Below are positions 52,157-64,000 of a stretch of 64,000 nt of DNA, piece after piece (within the stretch, counting starts at the first letter, position 1; every line of letters starts with the position of its first letter). The notes under the pieces are model-generated. The model was not told the origin of the DNA. It ran no database searches and saw only the letters and a program-made list of their open reading frames with translations. Origin of the DNA: Octopus sinensis. Lineage: Eukaryota. The stretch lies in assembly GCF_006345805.1 (NCBI RefSeq), contig NC_042997.1, positions 83,576,001 through 83,640,000 on the forward strand, in the 5' to 3' direction. The translations under genes and the position numbers were made by a program.

Positions 52157-53295
52157 ATGTGTGCATTATGTAGTCGGTTGAGCTGAAAATATGCACACCT
52201 ATGTTAAAAGTGCTGGCAAGTTTGCATGACAACTATTTTTTTCCTCAAATGAAAGGCGTGACCTCTAGGACAAAATTCCTTATCTTATAAAACGTGGCCC
52301 CAATAAACCCGGATGAAATCGGGTTATATTAACCAAAATGTGAAAAGGGGTCTAAATGGGGCTGGAAGGGGATTAAAATTTAAAGGAGCGGGTGTTTAGG
52401 AATTCTCTGTTACATCAAGCTAAAAAATTTGCGCCAGCCTTTTAATCGTCAATGTGTTGCCGTCCATGATGCGAAGTTTTGAATGCTTGCCATGGTGAGT
52501 CTACTGTCGTGAGAAAGAATCACTTTAAAACTTGGTGTTTAGGAATTTTCTTTTACATCAAGTTCAAAATTTTACGCCAGCCGTTAAACTGTCAATATGT
52601 TGCTGTCCGTCGTTAAGAAATGCCAGCCATGGTGACTCTGCTATCCTCAGATTCTATCCTTTCAAACTTTGGTTTCCAATATTTTATTATTTTTATTCAG
52701 CTCGCAAGTTCGTCTGTCCCTTTTAAATGTTAGTGTTTTGCTGTCTGCCTTGAAGCAGACCTTTCCGTTGTCACTGCCTGATATTTATGATTGATCTTTC
52801 AAAATATTTTATTTCTCAACTTACTCAAGATCTTTTGTTGTTTATAAATGGGAGAGAGATAGATAAAAATAGAGAGTAAGAGAAAGCGAGGGAGAGTCCG
52901 AGAGAAAAGAAAAGTAAGAGAGTGGGAAAGTGAGAGAGAAACAAAGAGGGAGATCATCATCATCATTTAACGTCCCTTTTCCGTGCTAGCACGGGTTGGA
53001 CAGGCTCCAGGCTCCAGTCTGATCTGGCAGTGTTTCTACAGGTGGATGCCCTTCCTAACACCAACCACTCTGTGAGTGTAGTGGGTGCTTTTTTCGTGCT
53101 GCCGGCACAGGTGCCAGGGGGTCTGGCAGCGGCCATGATTGGTTGGTGCTTTTTACGTGCCACCGGCACAGAAGCCAGTCAAGGCGGCGCTGCAATCGGC
53201 CACATTTGGATGGTACTTTTTACGTGCTGAAAGGAAGCAACAGAAAGTAACAACCACACTCTTACCCGCGCGTAGAGCGGGTCACCTTTAGCTAG
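51254..53295 (+). mobile_element. Non-autonomous Helitron (~2 kb) with internal duplications and a nested RTE tail
   Basis: 3' hairpin CCCGC-gcgtaga-GCGGG then CTAG|T at 53292-53296; putative A|TC start at 51254 followed by (GTTT)n; 5' end less certain. Confidence 0.55.
52954..53228 (-). mobile_element. RTE 3' tail nested in the Helitron
   Basis: (CAT)n-ttaacgtcccttttccgtgctagcacggg.... Confidence 0.8.
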
Positions 53296-53395
53296 TGTAT
53301 ATATATATATATATATATACAGACACATATATAAATCATCGTCATTGTTGATGATTTATATATACATATAAATATACATACTTACACACACACAG

Positions 53396-54210
53396 ACATC
53401 AAACTCAGCAACAACACCCCGGTCTCATGCCATTTCCGCTCTACCGGTCATTCTTTACAACACCTGTCTGTGTTAAGATTGTCCTTGCACAGGGGTTATC
53501 TGGACTCCTGTCTTCGCCGTGAACAGGGATTAATCTTCTCTCTTCGCTCCTTTGCGCCACATGGGCTCAACTCTCCTCCCCGATTCATCTAACCCACCTC
53601 CTCTCTCCTTTCCACACCTACTTCCTCACACCCACCTTTCCTCTCTTGCTCTGACACCTACTTCCCCTTTTCACTCCTACCCACCTTCTCCCTTCCACCC
53701 CTCCCTCATTATCCTGCCTCTACATATTCCAACCCCAACATCCCTATACATCCCAACCCACCCCAACCCCACCCATGCTTCCCCCACTCTCACCTCCTCA
53801 CACCCCAACACCACCACATCACACCATACACTGCCACACCACACAACCCCATGAACACTAGCACTGACCACTTCCCAGCACCCCCACCATCATTCACACA
53901 CCTATACATGCACACACACATGCGTCAAGGTCATCCTCCCCTTCCACATGCAAGCTCTTACATACACATGCACGTGCACCTTCATTTTGGGATCACCATT
54001 ACTTTATTATCTCCCCTTCTTCTTAACTCTCGTGTGTGACACCTCTGTCCGGCATTTACCATGATAGATCACTAGCCATTAACCTTTTTTATTCCTTTCT
54101 GTTGAAGAATGTAGGCTCAAAACGTAAAAGACTTTCCTACTTCCTGAGCATTGAACTGATACATTTGTTTGTTGTTTACACACCCGTCTTTCTCTTTTGC
54201 TTTTTTGTAA
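53396..54210 (+). mobile_element. Penelope-like 3' fragment (related subfamily) with decayed hammerhead at 54094-54131
   Basis: Translates DIKLSNNTPVSCHFRSTGHSLQHLSV...LIFSLRSFAPHGLNSP, matching 48183-48380; cctttctgttgaagaatgtaggctcaaaacgtaaaaga. Confidence 0.85.
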
Positions 54211-54711
54211 ATTCTCACTATACATACATATATACACATATGCAAATACACATATAAATATACTACACACACACACACACCACCTCTCCACCACCACATA
54301 TATATACATATATATACATACACACTACTTGTATTAATCGGTTAGTGATATTTATAACTAACCAGAATGAGATGATAACTATATAACTCTAATTACATGC
54401 TATCTTTTTATGTCTGGGTGAGAGTCGTTCCGTTGCAGACACATGACCTCTATTAGGTCATAGAGAAAGGTCACCAAATCCAATTTTAGTACATTTATTT
54501 TGACAAGAGAAAACAAAATTCTCTAGAATGGATTTATATTTTTAATTGACATTTGAATACAAGATAAATTAATTGATTCACAAACATATCCAGTCACACA
54601 TTTTCCCCACAAAAACTCCTACAAACAGTGGTGAAGCATAAAAAGTAGAGATGATATGGTTATATAATGAGACCCAATGGCTTTGTGAGGGCAATTCTTC
54701 AAGGAACTATA

Positions 54712-54889
54712 CGAGGTTGTGTTGAAAAGTTCTTTGCTTTGGGTAAAAGAAAATAATGGAGGATCAGTTAATTATAACTTTATTCAAAATATTCCCCTCT
54801 CAGATTCAAACACTTATTGCAGCGATCCTTCAGTTTTTCTTAGCCCTGTAAAAGGGCTCAGAAGCCAGGAACTTTTCAGCACCCACTTG
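54712..54889. mobile_element. Mariner-type MITE (178 bp)
   Basis: TA flanks; imperfect TIR cgaggttgtgttgaaaagttc / gaacttttcagcacccacttg. Confidence 0.65.
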
Positions 54890-55484
54890 TAGATGGAGAA
54901 ATAAGAAGAAATAGACAAAGGAAAAGATGGATGGATGGACAAATCCAAGCTCTTGTACACTGCCATGACATATGGAGAAGACTGGTGTACAATAAAGATA
55001 TGCTTGTGTGTGTGTATTTTGTTGGTAAAGGGTATGTTTACATACACACAGTCTTTAAAAATCCTCTAACCTTGACCTTAATAAAATTCACACTAACAAA
55101 GTCTCACTTGCATGAAAGGCAATATGAAATACAGACACCCTTTGAATCAACAGAATGAACTTGGCAAGAAACAAATTGATTAAATTGATACAGTCTACAT
55201 ATAAACAACCCTAAAACTAATAAAACAAAACACCTAAATACATACATCACCAACAAATTCTATGAAAGCAAACACTAGGTCATAAAAATATCCAGCAAAG
55301 AGACATAAAAATAACAGCCAGTCAATGAATATGACAGAAAAACCATGAAAAGACACAAAAAAGAGGATACACTCACAACAACAAATATAAAAACAAACTA
55401 CCATACTTAGTTATAACAGTAATCGCCTAAAGATTGCAGTGGCATGAAACTTCAGTTGTGTGATAAACATTTAGTTTAAATAAA

Positions 55485-57205
55485 ATACATGTGTAGGAAG
55501 GCAGACAAATCACAAATCCCTTCGGATAGATGGCCCTGCTTGATCTATAGAAAAGGTGTAGGTAGAAACTCCATAAGATGTACCCAGTGTAAGCTATGGA
55601 CACATTGCATTTTTAAATATAGGCGCAGGAGTGGCTGTGTGGTAAGTAGCTTGTTTACCAACCACATGGTTCCGGGTTCAGTCCCACTGCGTGGCACCTT
55701 GGGCAAGTGTCTTCTACTATAGCCTCGGGCCGACCAAAGCCTTGTGAGTGGATTTGGTAGACGGAAACTGAAAGAAGCCCGTCGTATATATGTATATATA
55801 TGCGTGTGTGTGTTTGTGTGTCTGTGTTTGTCCCCCTAGCATTGCTTGACAAACGATGCTGGTTGTTTATGTCCCTGTTACTTAGCGGTTCGGCAAAAGA
55901 GACCGATAGAATAAGTACTGGGCTTACAAAAGAATAAGTCCCGGTGTCGAGTTGCTCGATTAAAGGTGGTGCTCCAGCATGGCCGCAGTCAAATGACTGA
56001 AACAAGTAAAAGAGTAAAAGAGTAAAGAGAGTATAAGAGGTGAAGCAATATCAAAGGAAGGCTAACTGGAAAGAAAGTTTTTGTGTGTGGCAAATACACA
56101 GGGGCAATAAATACTGAAAATGTGCTGAAAACAGCTTCCATCAAATGCCAGGGGAAAAAACTAGTAGTTGATAGCTTCTGTTACCTAGGTTACCAAGTCA
56201 GTAGTGGAGGTGGATGCTCTGAGAGCATAGCTGCTAGAATAAGAATAGCCTGGGCAAAGTTCAGAGAGCTCCTACCTCTGCTGGTGACAAAGGGCCTCTC
56301 GCTTAGCGTGAAAGGTAGACTGTATGATGCATGTGTGTTACCAGCCATGCTACACAGCAGTGGAACATGGGCTGTGACTGCTGAGGACATGCGTAAGCTT
56401 GAAAGAAATGAGGCTAGTAAGTTCTGCTGGATATGTAATGTCAGTGTACATACACGACAGAGTGTAAGCGCCCTGAGAGAAAAGTTGGACATAAAAAGCA
56501 TTAGTTGCGGTGAGCAAAAGAGATGATTGTACTGGTATGGTCATGTGTTGCATATGGATGAAGACAGCTGTGTGTAAAAGTGTGACTCCCTAACAGTGGA
56601 GGGAATCTGTAGAAGAGGAAGACCTGGGATGAGGTGGTGAAGCATGACCTTTGAACATTGGGCCTTATGGAGGCAATGACAAGCGACCGAGACCTTTGGA
56701 GATATGCTGTGCTTGAGAAGACCCAGCAAGCGAAGTGAGATGATAACCATGGCCTATGCCAGTGTGGCATAACCGGCCCATTTAAGAGTACCCTTCAATC
56801 ATTGGGCAATAAACTGTGCTTGAGAAGACCTGTTAAGTGAAATCATTGTTAGGGCCAATGCCAGTACTGCCTCACTGGCACTCATGCCAGTGGCACATAA
56901 TAAGCACTATATGAATGTGATTGATGCCAGTGCCACTCGACTGGCTCTTGTGCTGGTGGCATGTAAAAAGTACCATTTGAGCATGGTCAATGCCAGTACT
57001 GCTTGATTGGCCCTTGTGCCAGTGGCACATAAAAAGCACCTTCTACACTCTTGGAGTGGTTGGTGTTAGGAAGGGCATCCACTGTAGAAACCTTGCCAGA
57101 TCAGATTGGAGCTTGGTACAGCCTTCTGGTTTGGTAGTCCTCAGTCAAACTGCCTAACCCATGCCAGTATGGAAAGAGGACGTTAAACTATGATAATGAT
57201 GATGA
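55485..57205 (+). mobile_element. 5'-truncated RTE LINE (ORF2 C-terminus, 3'UTR, (GAT)n tail) interrupted by a SINE
   Basis: PSDRWPCLIYRKGVGRNSIRCTQCKLWTH | SINE | ...DSFCYLG...RIRIAWAKFRELLPLL..KGLSLSVKGRLYDACV..AMLHSSGTWA, then 3'UTR and tail. Confidence 0.88.
55622..56031 (+). mobile_element. SINE family A, young full-length copy
   Basis: Intact A box (tggctgtgtgg) and B box (ggttcagtccc); (AAGAGT)n tail; inserted into RTE ORF2. Confidence 0.88.
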
Positions 57206-57379
57206 TGGTATATTTAGCACCAAGCTGTTAAAGATATTTTTTATTGAGTACATAAATAAACTGCTTGGGCAGTAGTGATGTTTGTTTATATCTTATGTCC
57301 TCCATGAACAATATGCTTAGCATCCTGGCACTTTGTCTTGCAAAGGCCAGGGGGATAAAGTACTTTCCTTCAAAAAACA

Positions 57380-57426
<47 letters not shown>

Positions 57427-58250
57427 ATTTGTGAGTGAATATATGTACACACACATGTATATGCACTTTTAAAATTGGTTAGGTTTCAAAATCAAGGGCC
57501 ACTTTACAAAATAACAGCAAGCATTCTTCAGACATGTATCATTCTTGCAATGAAAATTGGCCAATTCAACAAAAGGACATAATAACAAGGAATTTTCCTG
57601 GGAACAAAATTTGTAGTTCCTCAATGGCAAACTTTGTTCCATAATTTAGGGATCTCCTAGCTTGAGCTGCAAGTGTTGTGTAATCCCAAGTCATCCAACA
57701 TATGATCAAAGGGGTTTAAACCATGGTATTCTTTTTGGGTGGGGGTGAATATATCACATTAGCTAAATGCCTTTTCCTTTTAATATTGTAGGGGATGATC
57801 TGGGCAATATTTTGGCAGCTATTTTTGGTGGTTCAAACGAATGCAAAGAAAATCTGTTGTTGGCTTGTAAGCTGTGCTCTCTGTAGATAGATGTGTTGGA
57901 GTTGAGATCAGCGGAAGTGACATAATTCGGAAACGCTGGCTTTCCTTGCAGATTTTGTGGCTTTCAGCAAAGTAAGTACTGTGATTGAATATTTGCATGC
58001 ATTTGTGCATGTGCTTGCGTGTTGTGTATGTTGTATGTGTGTGTGTGTAGGTTCCAGAAGTTAACAAAAAAGGAAAGAGCATCTGTGTAAGGAGAGGCAA
58101 AGAGAAACTAAGCAAGAGAGAAATGAAAGAGAGAGTGAGTCTGAGAAAGGGGGAGAGACTGCAAAGATCTATACAAGCCAATTTGAATAGCTGTGTGTGT
58201 GTGTGTTTGTATAGGTTTAGGGCATAGTTAAAGGTGGCATATAGGCTTAT

Positions 58251-58642
58251 GTATCTTTTATCTTTTACTTGTTTCAGTCATTAGACAGTGGCCATGCTGG
58301 AGCACAGCCTTAAAGAATCTTAGTCAAATGAATCGGTGCCAGTACTTATTTTCTTTTATTTTTTTTTAAACCTGGTACTTATTCTAATGGTCTCTTTTGC
58401 AAGACTGCTAAGTTATGAAGATGCAAATACATGAAGTTGTCAAGTGATGCTATGGGGACGAATACAAAGACACACACACTACTGACTTCTTTCAGTTCCC
58501 ATCTACCAAACCCACTCACAAAGTTTCCGTTGGCATGAGGCTGTAGTAGACGACAAATGCCCAAGGTGCCATGCAATGAGGCTGAACCCAGAACCATGTG
58601 GTTGGTAAGCAAGCTTCTTACCACACAACCATGCTTACACCT
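58251..58642 (-). mobile_element. SINE family A
   Basis: Colinear with 55622-56031. Confidence 0.78.
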
Positions 58643-59029
58643 GTATGTGTACATAATTTAACAGCAAAATTGTACAACTTAGAGACAAAGATAGAAGGAT
58701 GTTAGCAAAGCTGCAGATGGCAAGTATAATGAGCAGCAGCAGTAGTAGTAGTAGTAGTTGTTGTTGTTGTTGCTGTTGTTAAGCCTTAATCAGTTTTTAT
58801 GAAGTACACCTATGATCAAAAATGATCCAGCAGAGACCACTCAGTTTTTAAATCTATGGCAGGGTGGGGGGCACTATAGTCCAGTGAATGCATTCCTCCT
58901 TTTTAAACAGCAGGGAATGAGAGTAGAAGGAAATATTCAACTTTTATTTCTAGCAGTGTGAGCAGCTATTTCGAGGTTTCTTTGCTGACTCCCTCATAAT
59001 AGTAGTACTAGCATATTTGCATTTATGTG

Positions 59030-59084
<55 letters not shown>

Positions 59085-59231
59085 TGTGTGTATGCATTTG
59101 TGTACTTTAAAACCTACAATTATAACATTGATTTTTACTAATTCCTGTTATGTGTGAGTGTATGTGAGCCAATGTATATAATTTGTGACTATGTGCCCAC
59201 ACATTTTATATACATACATATACAAACACAC

Positions 59232-59288
<57 letters not shown>

Positions 59289-59992
59289 CACATACATAAA
59301 CACATCTACACCACTAACATCCTTACACATACATACTATTATACAATTGGGATTATTCATTTTGTGCTTCACATACACACACATCTACACCAGTGATATC
59401 CTTACACACACATTTACACATGTGCATTCACCTACAGAAAGATACACACACACACACACACACACAAATGTGTGTGTTTATATGTTCAAGTGCGTGTTTT
59501 AAATTACTACTATATTCTAGGCTTTCCACAACTTTTTGAGTTTACCCAATTCCTATTAAATGGGACAATGGGTGAGAAAGAGACAAGATGTAGAACTGTC
59601 TCTGAGCATGTGTATATAAGTGTGCTTTTTTCCCTTTCACTCTCTTCTCTACTATGGTAAAGGGTATGAAATTGGTGTTGGTGGTGTTGGTATGGGGAAG
59701 TGGGGGGTATCTTTCCCCTCTCTTCCTTATCCCACCCAACCATAGTAATGCTGATAACAACAACAACAACAACACAACGTAGATAACCTAGCAAGGGTGT
59801 TTTTCAAGACACACAGCTTTGGTGCCTCTGTGTAGAGGCCACTGAAGTTAAGTACGCAACACAGTGCCAACATCTTATCATTTCTTGATTACTGTCAGGC
59901 TACTGTTTCATGCCATAACTATGGAAGGACAAACAGGAAAGCAAACAAAATTAAAATGAATTCGTGTGAGTTTGAAAAGCAAAAAACGAGCG

Positions 59993-60630
59993 TAGGTGCA
60001 GGTGTGGCTGTGTGGTAAGAAGCTTGTTTCCTAACCACATAGTTCTAAGTTCATTCCCACTGTGTGGCACCTGGGGCAAGTGTCTTCTACTATAGCCTTA
60101 GGGTTGACCAAAGCCTTGTGAGAGGATTTGGTAGATGGAATCTGAAAGTAGCCTGTCATACATATATATGTGTGTATGTCTTTGTGTTAGTGTTTATCTA
60201 TACCTATTTCTTTATTACCCACAAGGGGCTAAACATAGAAGGGACAAAGACAGACATAGGTATTAAGTCGATTACATCGACCCCAATGCGTAACTGGTAC
60301 TCAACTTATCGACCCCGAAAGGATGAAAGGCAAAGTCGACCTCGGCGGAGTTTGAACTCACAACGTAACGACAGATGAATTACGGCTACGCATTTCGCCC
60401 GGCGTGCTAACGTTTCTGCCAGCTCGCTGCCTTTTGTTTGTTCTATACCATTGCTTGACAACTGGTGTTGGTGTGTTTGTGCCCCTGTAATGTAGTGGCT
60501 TGGCAAAAAGACCAAGCTTAAAGAAAAAGAAAAAAAAAGTTCTGGTGTCAATTCATGTGATTAAAAACTCTTCAAGGCAGTGTCCCAGTATGGCCACAGT
60601 TTAATGATTGAAACAAGTAAATGATAAGGG
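59993..60630 (+). mobile_element. SINE family A with nested family C SINE (60206-60431, minus strand)
   Basis: Head 59993-60160; tail resumes at 60432. Confidence 0.75.
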
Positions 60631-61159
60631 AAATAAACTGGAGAGGTATGTGGTATGAATTTAGACAACAAAGATGGAAAAAAGTATATGAATATATCAT
60701 ACAGGATGTATTCGTGATTCACTGGAACTAACTCCATTTTGAGAGAAGATAAACAATTACCTAGAGACAATAGCAAATGAGAAAGGGAGATAATCTCAAG
60801 GCTTCAGCAACCAATCACAGGAAAAACACTGCCATTGGCGAAAAAAATATCTTTCTTTTTTGTTCCTCTGGAGACAAGAGGACAGTTGTGAATAAGTGTG
60901 TCTTCTGCCTCAATGAATGTCACAAACACAGTGTTGTTACATATATAACACTGGTCTACAAGGTTTTTAGTGTTAAGGAAATAGACATCATTCCTATACA
61001 AAATTGGTCTCCTGAATCCAAATATAACCTTTTTGACCTATCAGATCTAGTTTTTAAGTTACTGAACATCCCTATAGTCACTATGCATGTGTGTACATCC
61101 AGTACACAGTGTTCATTACCTTATTCTAATTCTAAGCTTTTTTTTTTTTTCTTTTTCCA

Positions 61160-63080
61160 TACTAAGCAACAGAAAATAAGCAAGATGTCCTCTTCAAGAA
61201 AACGTTGGGTTAATTCTCCAAATGTGTTTTTTTATGTTTGTGGTGAATACACATTACCTTAAATTAAAAAAAAAACATCACTCATTTTGTTGAAAGAGAA
61301 TATATGGCATATTCTAGGGTCAAGCTGAGAGATAAATATTGGACATAGTGTTTGCAAACGATGTACAGAACATTTGCAACAATGGACTAAAGGGACAAGG
61401 AAAAGTATGAGGCTTGCTATACCAATGGTATGGCTGGAGCCCTATAATCACGTGGATGACTGCTATTTTTGTAACCTAAATTTGAAGGTCATTAACCGGA
61501 AAAATCGACAAATACTTGTCTATCCTAATCTTGCCTCTGCTATTAGACCGGTTCCACACAGTGAAGAGCTTTCTGTTCTTGTCTTCAATGTCTTGCCTCA
61601 GATAACTTTACCCTCAACCAAAGAAGAGCCATCACATGAAGAAGACACTGAAGATCAAGACTTTTCAGTTGAGACTTTACCTAAGCTATTCTCCCAGGTA
61701 GAGTTGAATGATCTAGTTCGTGACTTGAACCTCCCCAAAAATTCTGCAGAAATGTTGGCTTCTTGACTGAAAGAGAAGAATCTTCAGAATCGGCATGAAG
61801 AGTTCCTTTCTTTTTTTCACAAAAGAGGAAAAGCTGGTTTACTGCAGAGATGTCAGTGGGCTTCTTAATAAACTTGGCATTGAGGAATACAAAGCAGAGG
61901 AATGACGTCTTTTTAGACAGTGCTAAACATAGTTTAAAATGTGTACTGTTGCACAACAGAATTGTGTATGACTCTATTCCACTCGGCCACTCAACAACTC
62001 TGAAGGAAAAATATGAAGAAATTAAGTTGGTCTTAGAAAAGATACTGTACCATGACCATAAATAGGTCATCTGTGTTGACTTAAAGATGGTGAATTTTCT
62101 CAAGGGACAGCAATCTGGTTATACCAAATACCCATGCTTTCTTTGCATGTGGGACAGTAGAGACCAAGAAAACCACTATGTTAAGAAAGACTGGCCGCCT
62201 CGAATAAATATGGCTCCATGTAGAGCTGCCAATATATTGGAAGGCTTTAGCTGAGCAAGATGAGATCATTTTCTCCCCTTTGCACATCAAACTCAGATTC
62301 ATCAAGCAATTCGTCAAAGCTCTTGATAAAAATGGGAAGTGCTTCAAGTATATTTGCAGTGTATTTCCAGACTTGACAACTGAAAAACTTAAAGCAGGGA
62401 TTTTTGATGGACCACAGATCCATAAGCTCTTGAAGGACACAAATTTCGTGAAAGTAATGAGCAAAAATGAAGCATCAGCTCAGCTAGCCTTTGCAGAAGT
62501 AATGCAAAATTTCCTTGGGAAACACAAAGGTGCAAACTATAAAGACCTTGTTACCAACTTGATATCAACTTTTTGTGATATTGGTGTGAATATGAGCATC
62601 AAAATGCATTATCTTTTTAGTCATCTTGATTGTTTTCCTGAAAATCTCGAAGTTGTTAGCAATGAACAAGGTGAATGATTCCATCAGGACATCAAAGAGA
62701 TGGAAATTCAGTACCAAGGACGTTGGGATACTGTGATGATGGCAGACTATTGCTGGTGTTTAAAATGAGATACTCCTGTTGCTCAACATTCACGGTGTAC
62801 AAAGAAGCACAAATTTATTCCTTGAATTTTCTGCCAAAAATCTTAACTAATGTGCACTTTCAATTTGGAATTTTTATTTTGTTTTGTGTTATGCTCTCTT
62901 AATTGATTCATACTATATGCCTTTTGTATGAATAAAATACTTACTCTATCAGGTTTAGTCTGAAAACTAGATCTGACAGAGAAACACTGAAGTTATTTTT
63001 GAATTTAGCATGTAAAATCACTTAAGAATTCATTGAAATATTCAAGGCACCAAACAAAAAAAAATTTTAGTTGCCCAGTG
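61160..63080 (+). mobile_element. Decayed Chapaev3-like (CMC) DNA transposon
   Basis: Multi-frame remnants MSSSRKRWVNSPNVFFYVCGEY, AIPMVWLEPYNHVDDCYFC, KHSLKCVLLHN, CVDLKMVNFL.GQQSGYTKYPCFLCMWDSR, PLHIKL..IKQFVKAL, EKLKAGIFDGPQI, MSIKMHYLFSHLD.FPENL.VVSNEQGE; 3' end gttgcccagtg|taa. Family assignment is from memory. Confidence 0.72.
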
Positions 63081-63109
63081 TAATCTTTGTTGACATAAAA
63101 CATAAGACC

Positions 63110-63308
63110 AGAAATCATATTGGTTTCAAATTTCATCACAAGAGCAGCAAGTTTGAGGGGGGGGGGTAAATTGATTACCTTGACTCCAGTGTTCAACTGG
63201 TAGTTATTTCATCAATCCTGTGGTATTTGAACTCAGAACATAAAGATGGATAAAATACTGCAAAGCATTTTGCTCAGTGTGGTAACGATTCTGCCAGCTC
63301 GCTGTCTT
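63110..63308 (-). mobile_element. SINE family C
   Basis: ggtatttgaactcagaacataaag...ctgccagctcgctgtctta. Further copies at ~9743-9945, 18340-18497, 36389-36600, 37213-37445 and 49890-50062. Confidence 0.7.
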
Positions 63309-64000
63309 ACAATCAGAAATCATATTAACTTCAGTGCTTGACTGTTACTTATTTTAATGATTTCAAAAGGATAAAAAGTAAAGTGGCTTTGGTGGGATTC
63401 GAACTCAGAATGTAAAGACCCATAATGAATAACATATGGTATTTTGTCCAATGCTTGAATAATTTTGACAATTTGCAACTTCATCAATATTTTTTCGTTT
63501 TGTTATATATGTATATTTTCTAAACAACTTGCAGATGCAAGTGCTACCAGTTGAAAGTTCTGCATACTGGATGTTAGCAAACATATGAGGTCATCAGGAG
63601 AAAATGTGTGCCATTTCAGGGCTTTCCTCTTGACAGCATTATTGCACACCAGTCCCTCTCACTGAGATGATGCCCTGCTTGCTAGATCAAATGGTTACTG
63701 GGTTTCACTTAATATTCTTTGAAACCTAGAAATAATGATTTTTGTTTTTGGCATTAGGCCACACATTTTGGAAGAATGTACAAAATCAATTATGTTAACC
63801 CCAGTACTAGACTACTAGTTATTATGTGAACTTCAGCAGGATTTGTACACAGATCAACAAGGGATGAAAATAGATATGACAAGACTAACTGCCCTGTCAA
63901 TTTTGCCATACAATAAAATTTTAAGAAAGGAAATTTTGAAGGATATACACACACAAATTGTTTTAGTTAAAACAATTCTGAATTCCCATTCAAAGTTGTT

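Noticed and set aside
60777-61184. N-terminal part of the 161-aa ORF 60777-61262
   Set aside because: Only the last ~26 codons (from ATG 61185) match the transposase; the upstream part is chance open frame.

Overview
Very AT-rich, repeat-saturated eukaryotic DNA with long (TA)n, (CA)n, (AG)n, (AAT)n and (GAT)n tracts. It is most likely intergenic or intronic cephalopod (Octopus-like) sequence; this is an inference from the SINE repertoire and microsatellite load. I can support no intact host protein-coding gene, and almost all listed ORFs are microsatellite or antisense artefacts. The recognisable coding remnants are all transposon-derived: a Penelope-like element (RT + GIY-YIG, 47.3-49.2 kb, with a second 3' fragment at 53.4 kb), RTE LINE fragments (14.5-15.0 kb; 55.5-57.2 kb), four mariner derivatives and a decayed Chapaev3-like DNA transposon (61.2-63.1 kb). 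Non-coding elements include Helitrons, TTAA-flanked MITEs and dozens of tRNA-headed SINEs and RTE 3' tails. The most interesting signal is a dense set of type-I hammerhead ribozyme motifs from at least three unrelated sequence families, nearly all in (TA)n tracts: (i) a Penelope terminal-repeat hammerhead with a non-canonical CUGUUGA core (5 copies); (ii) a 352-bp terminally redundant, retrozyme-like unit with a GUC-type hammerhead; (iii) a long-stem-II hammerhead duplicated in a perfect 220-bp inverted repeat so that both strands encode it. Several decayed hammerheads are also present. Repeat boundaries are approximate unless TSDs or TIRs are quoted.
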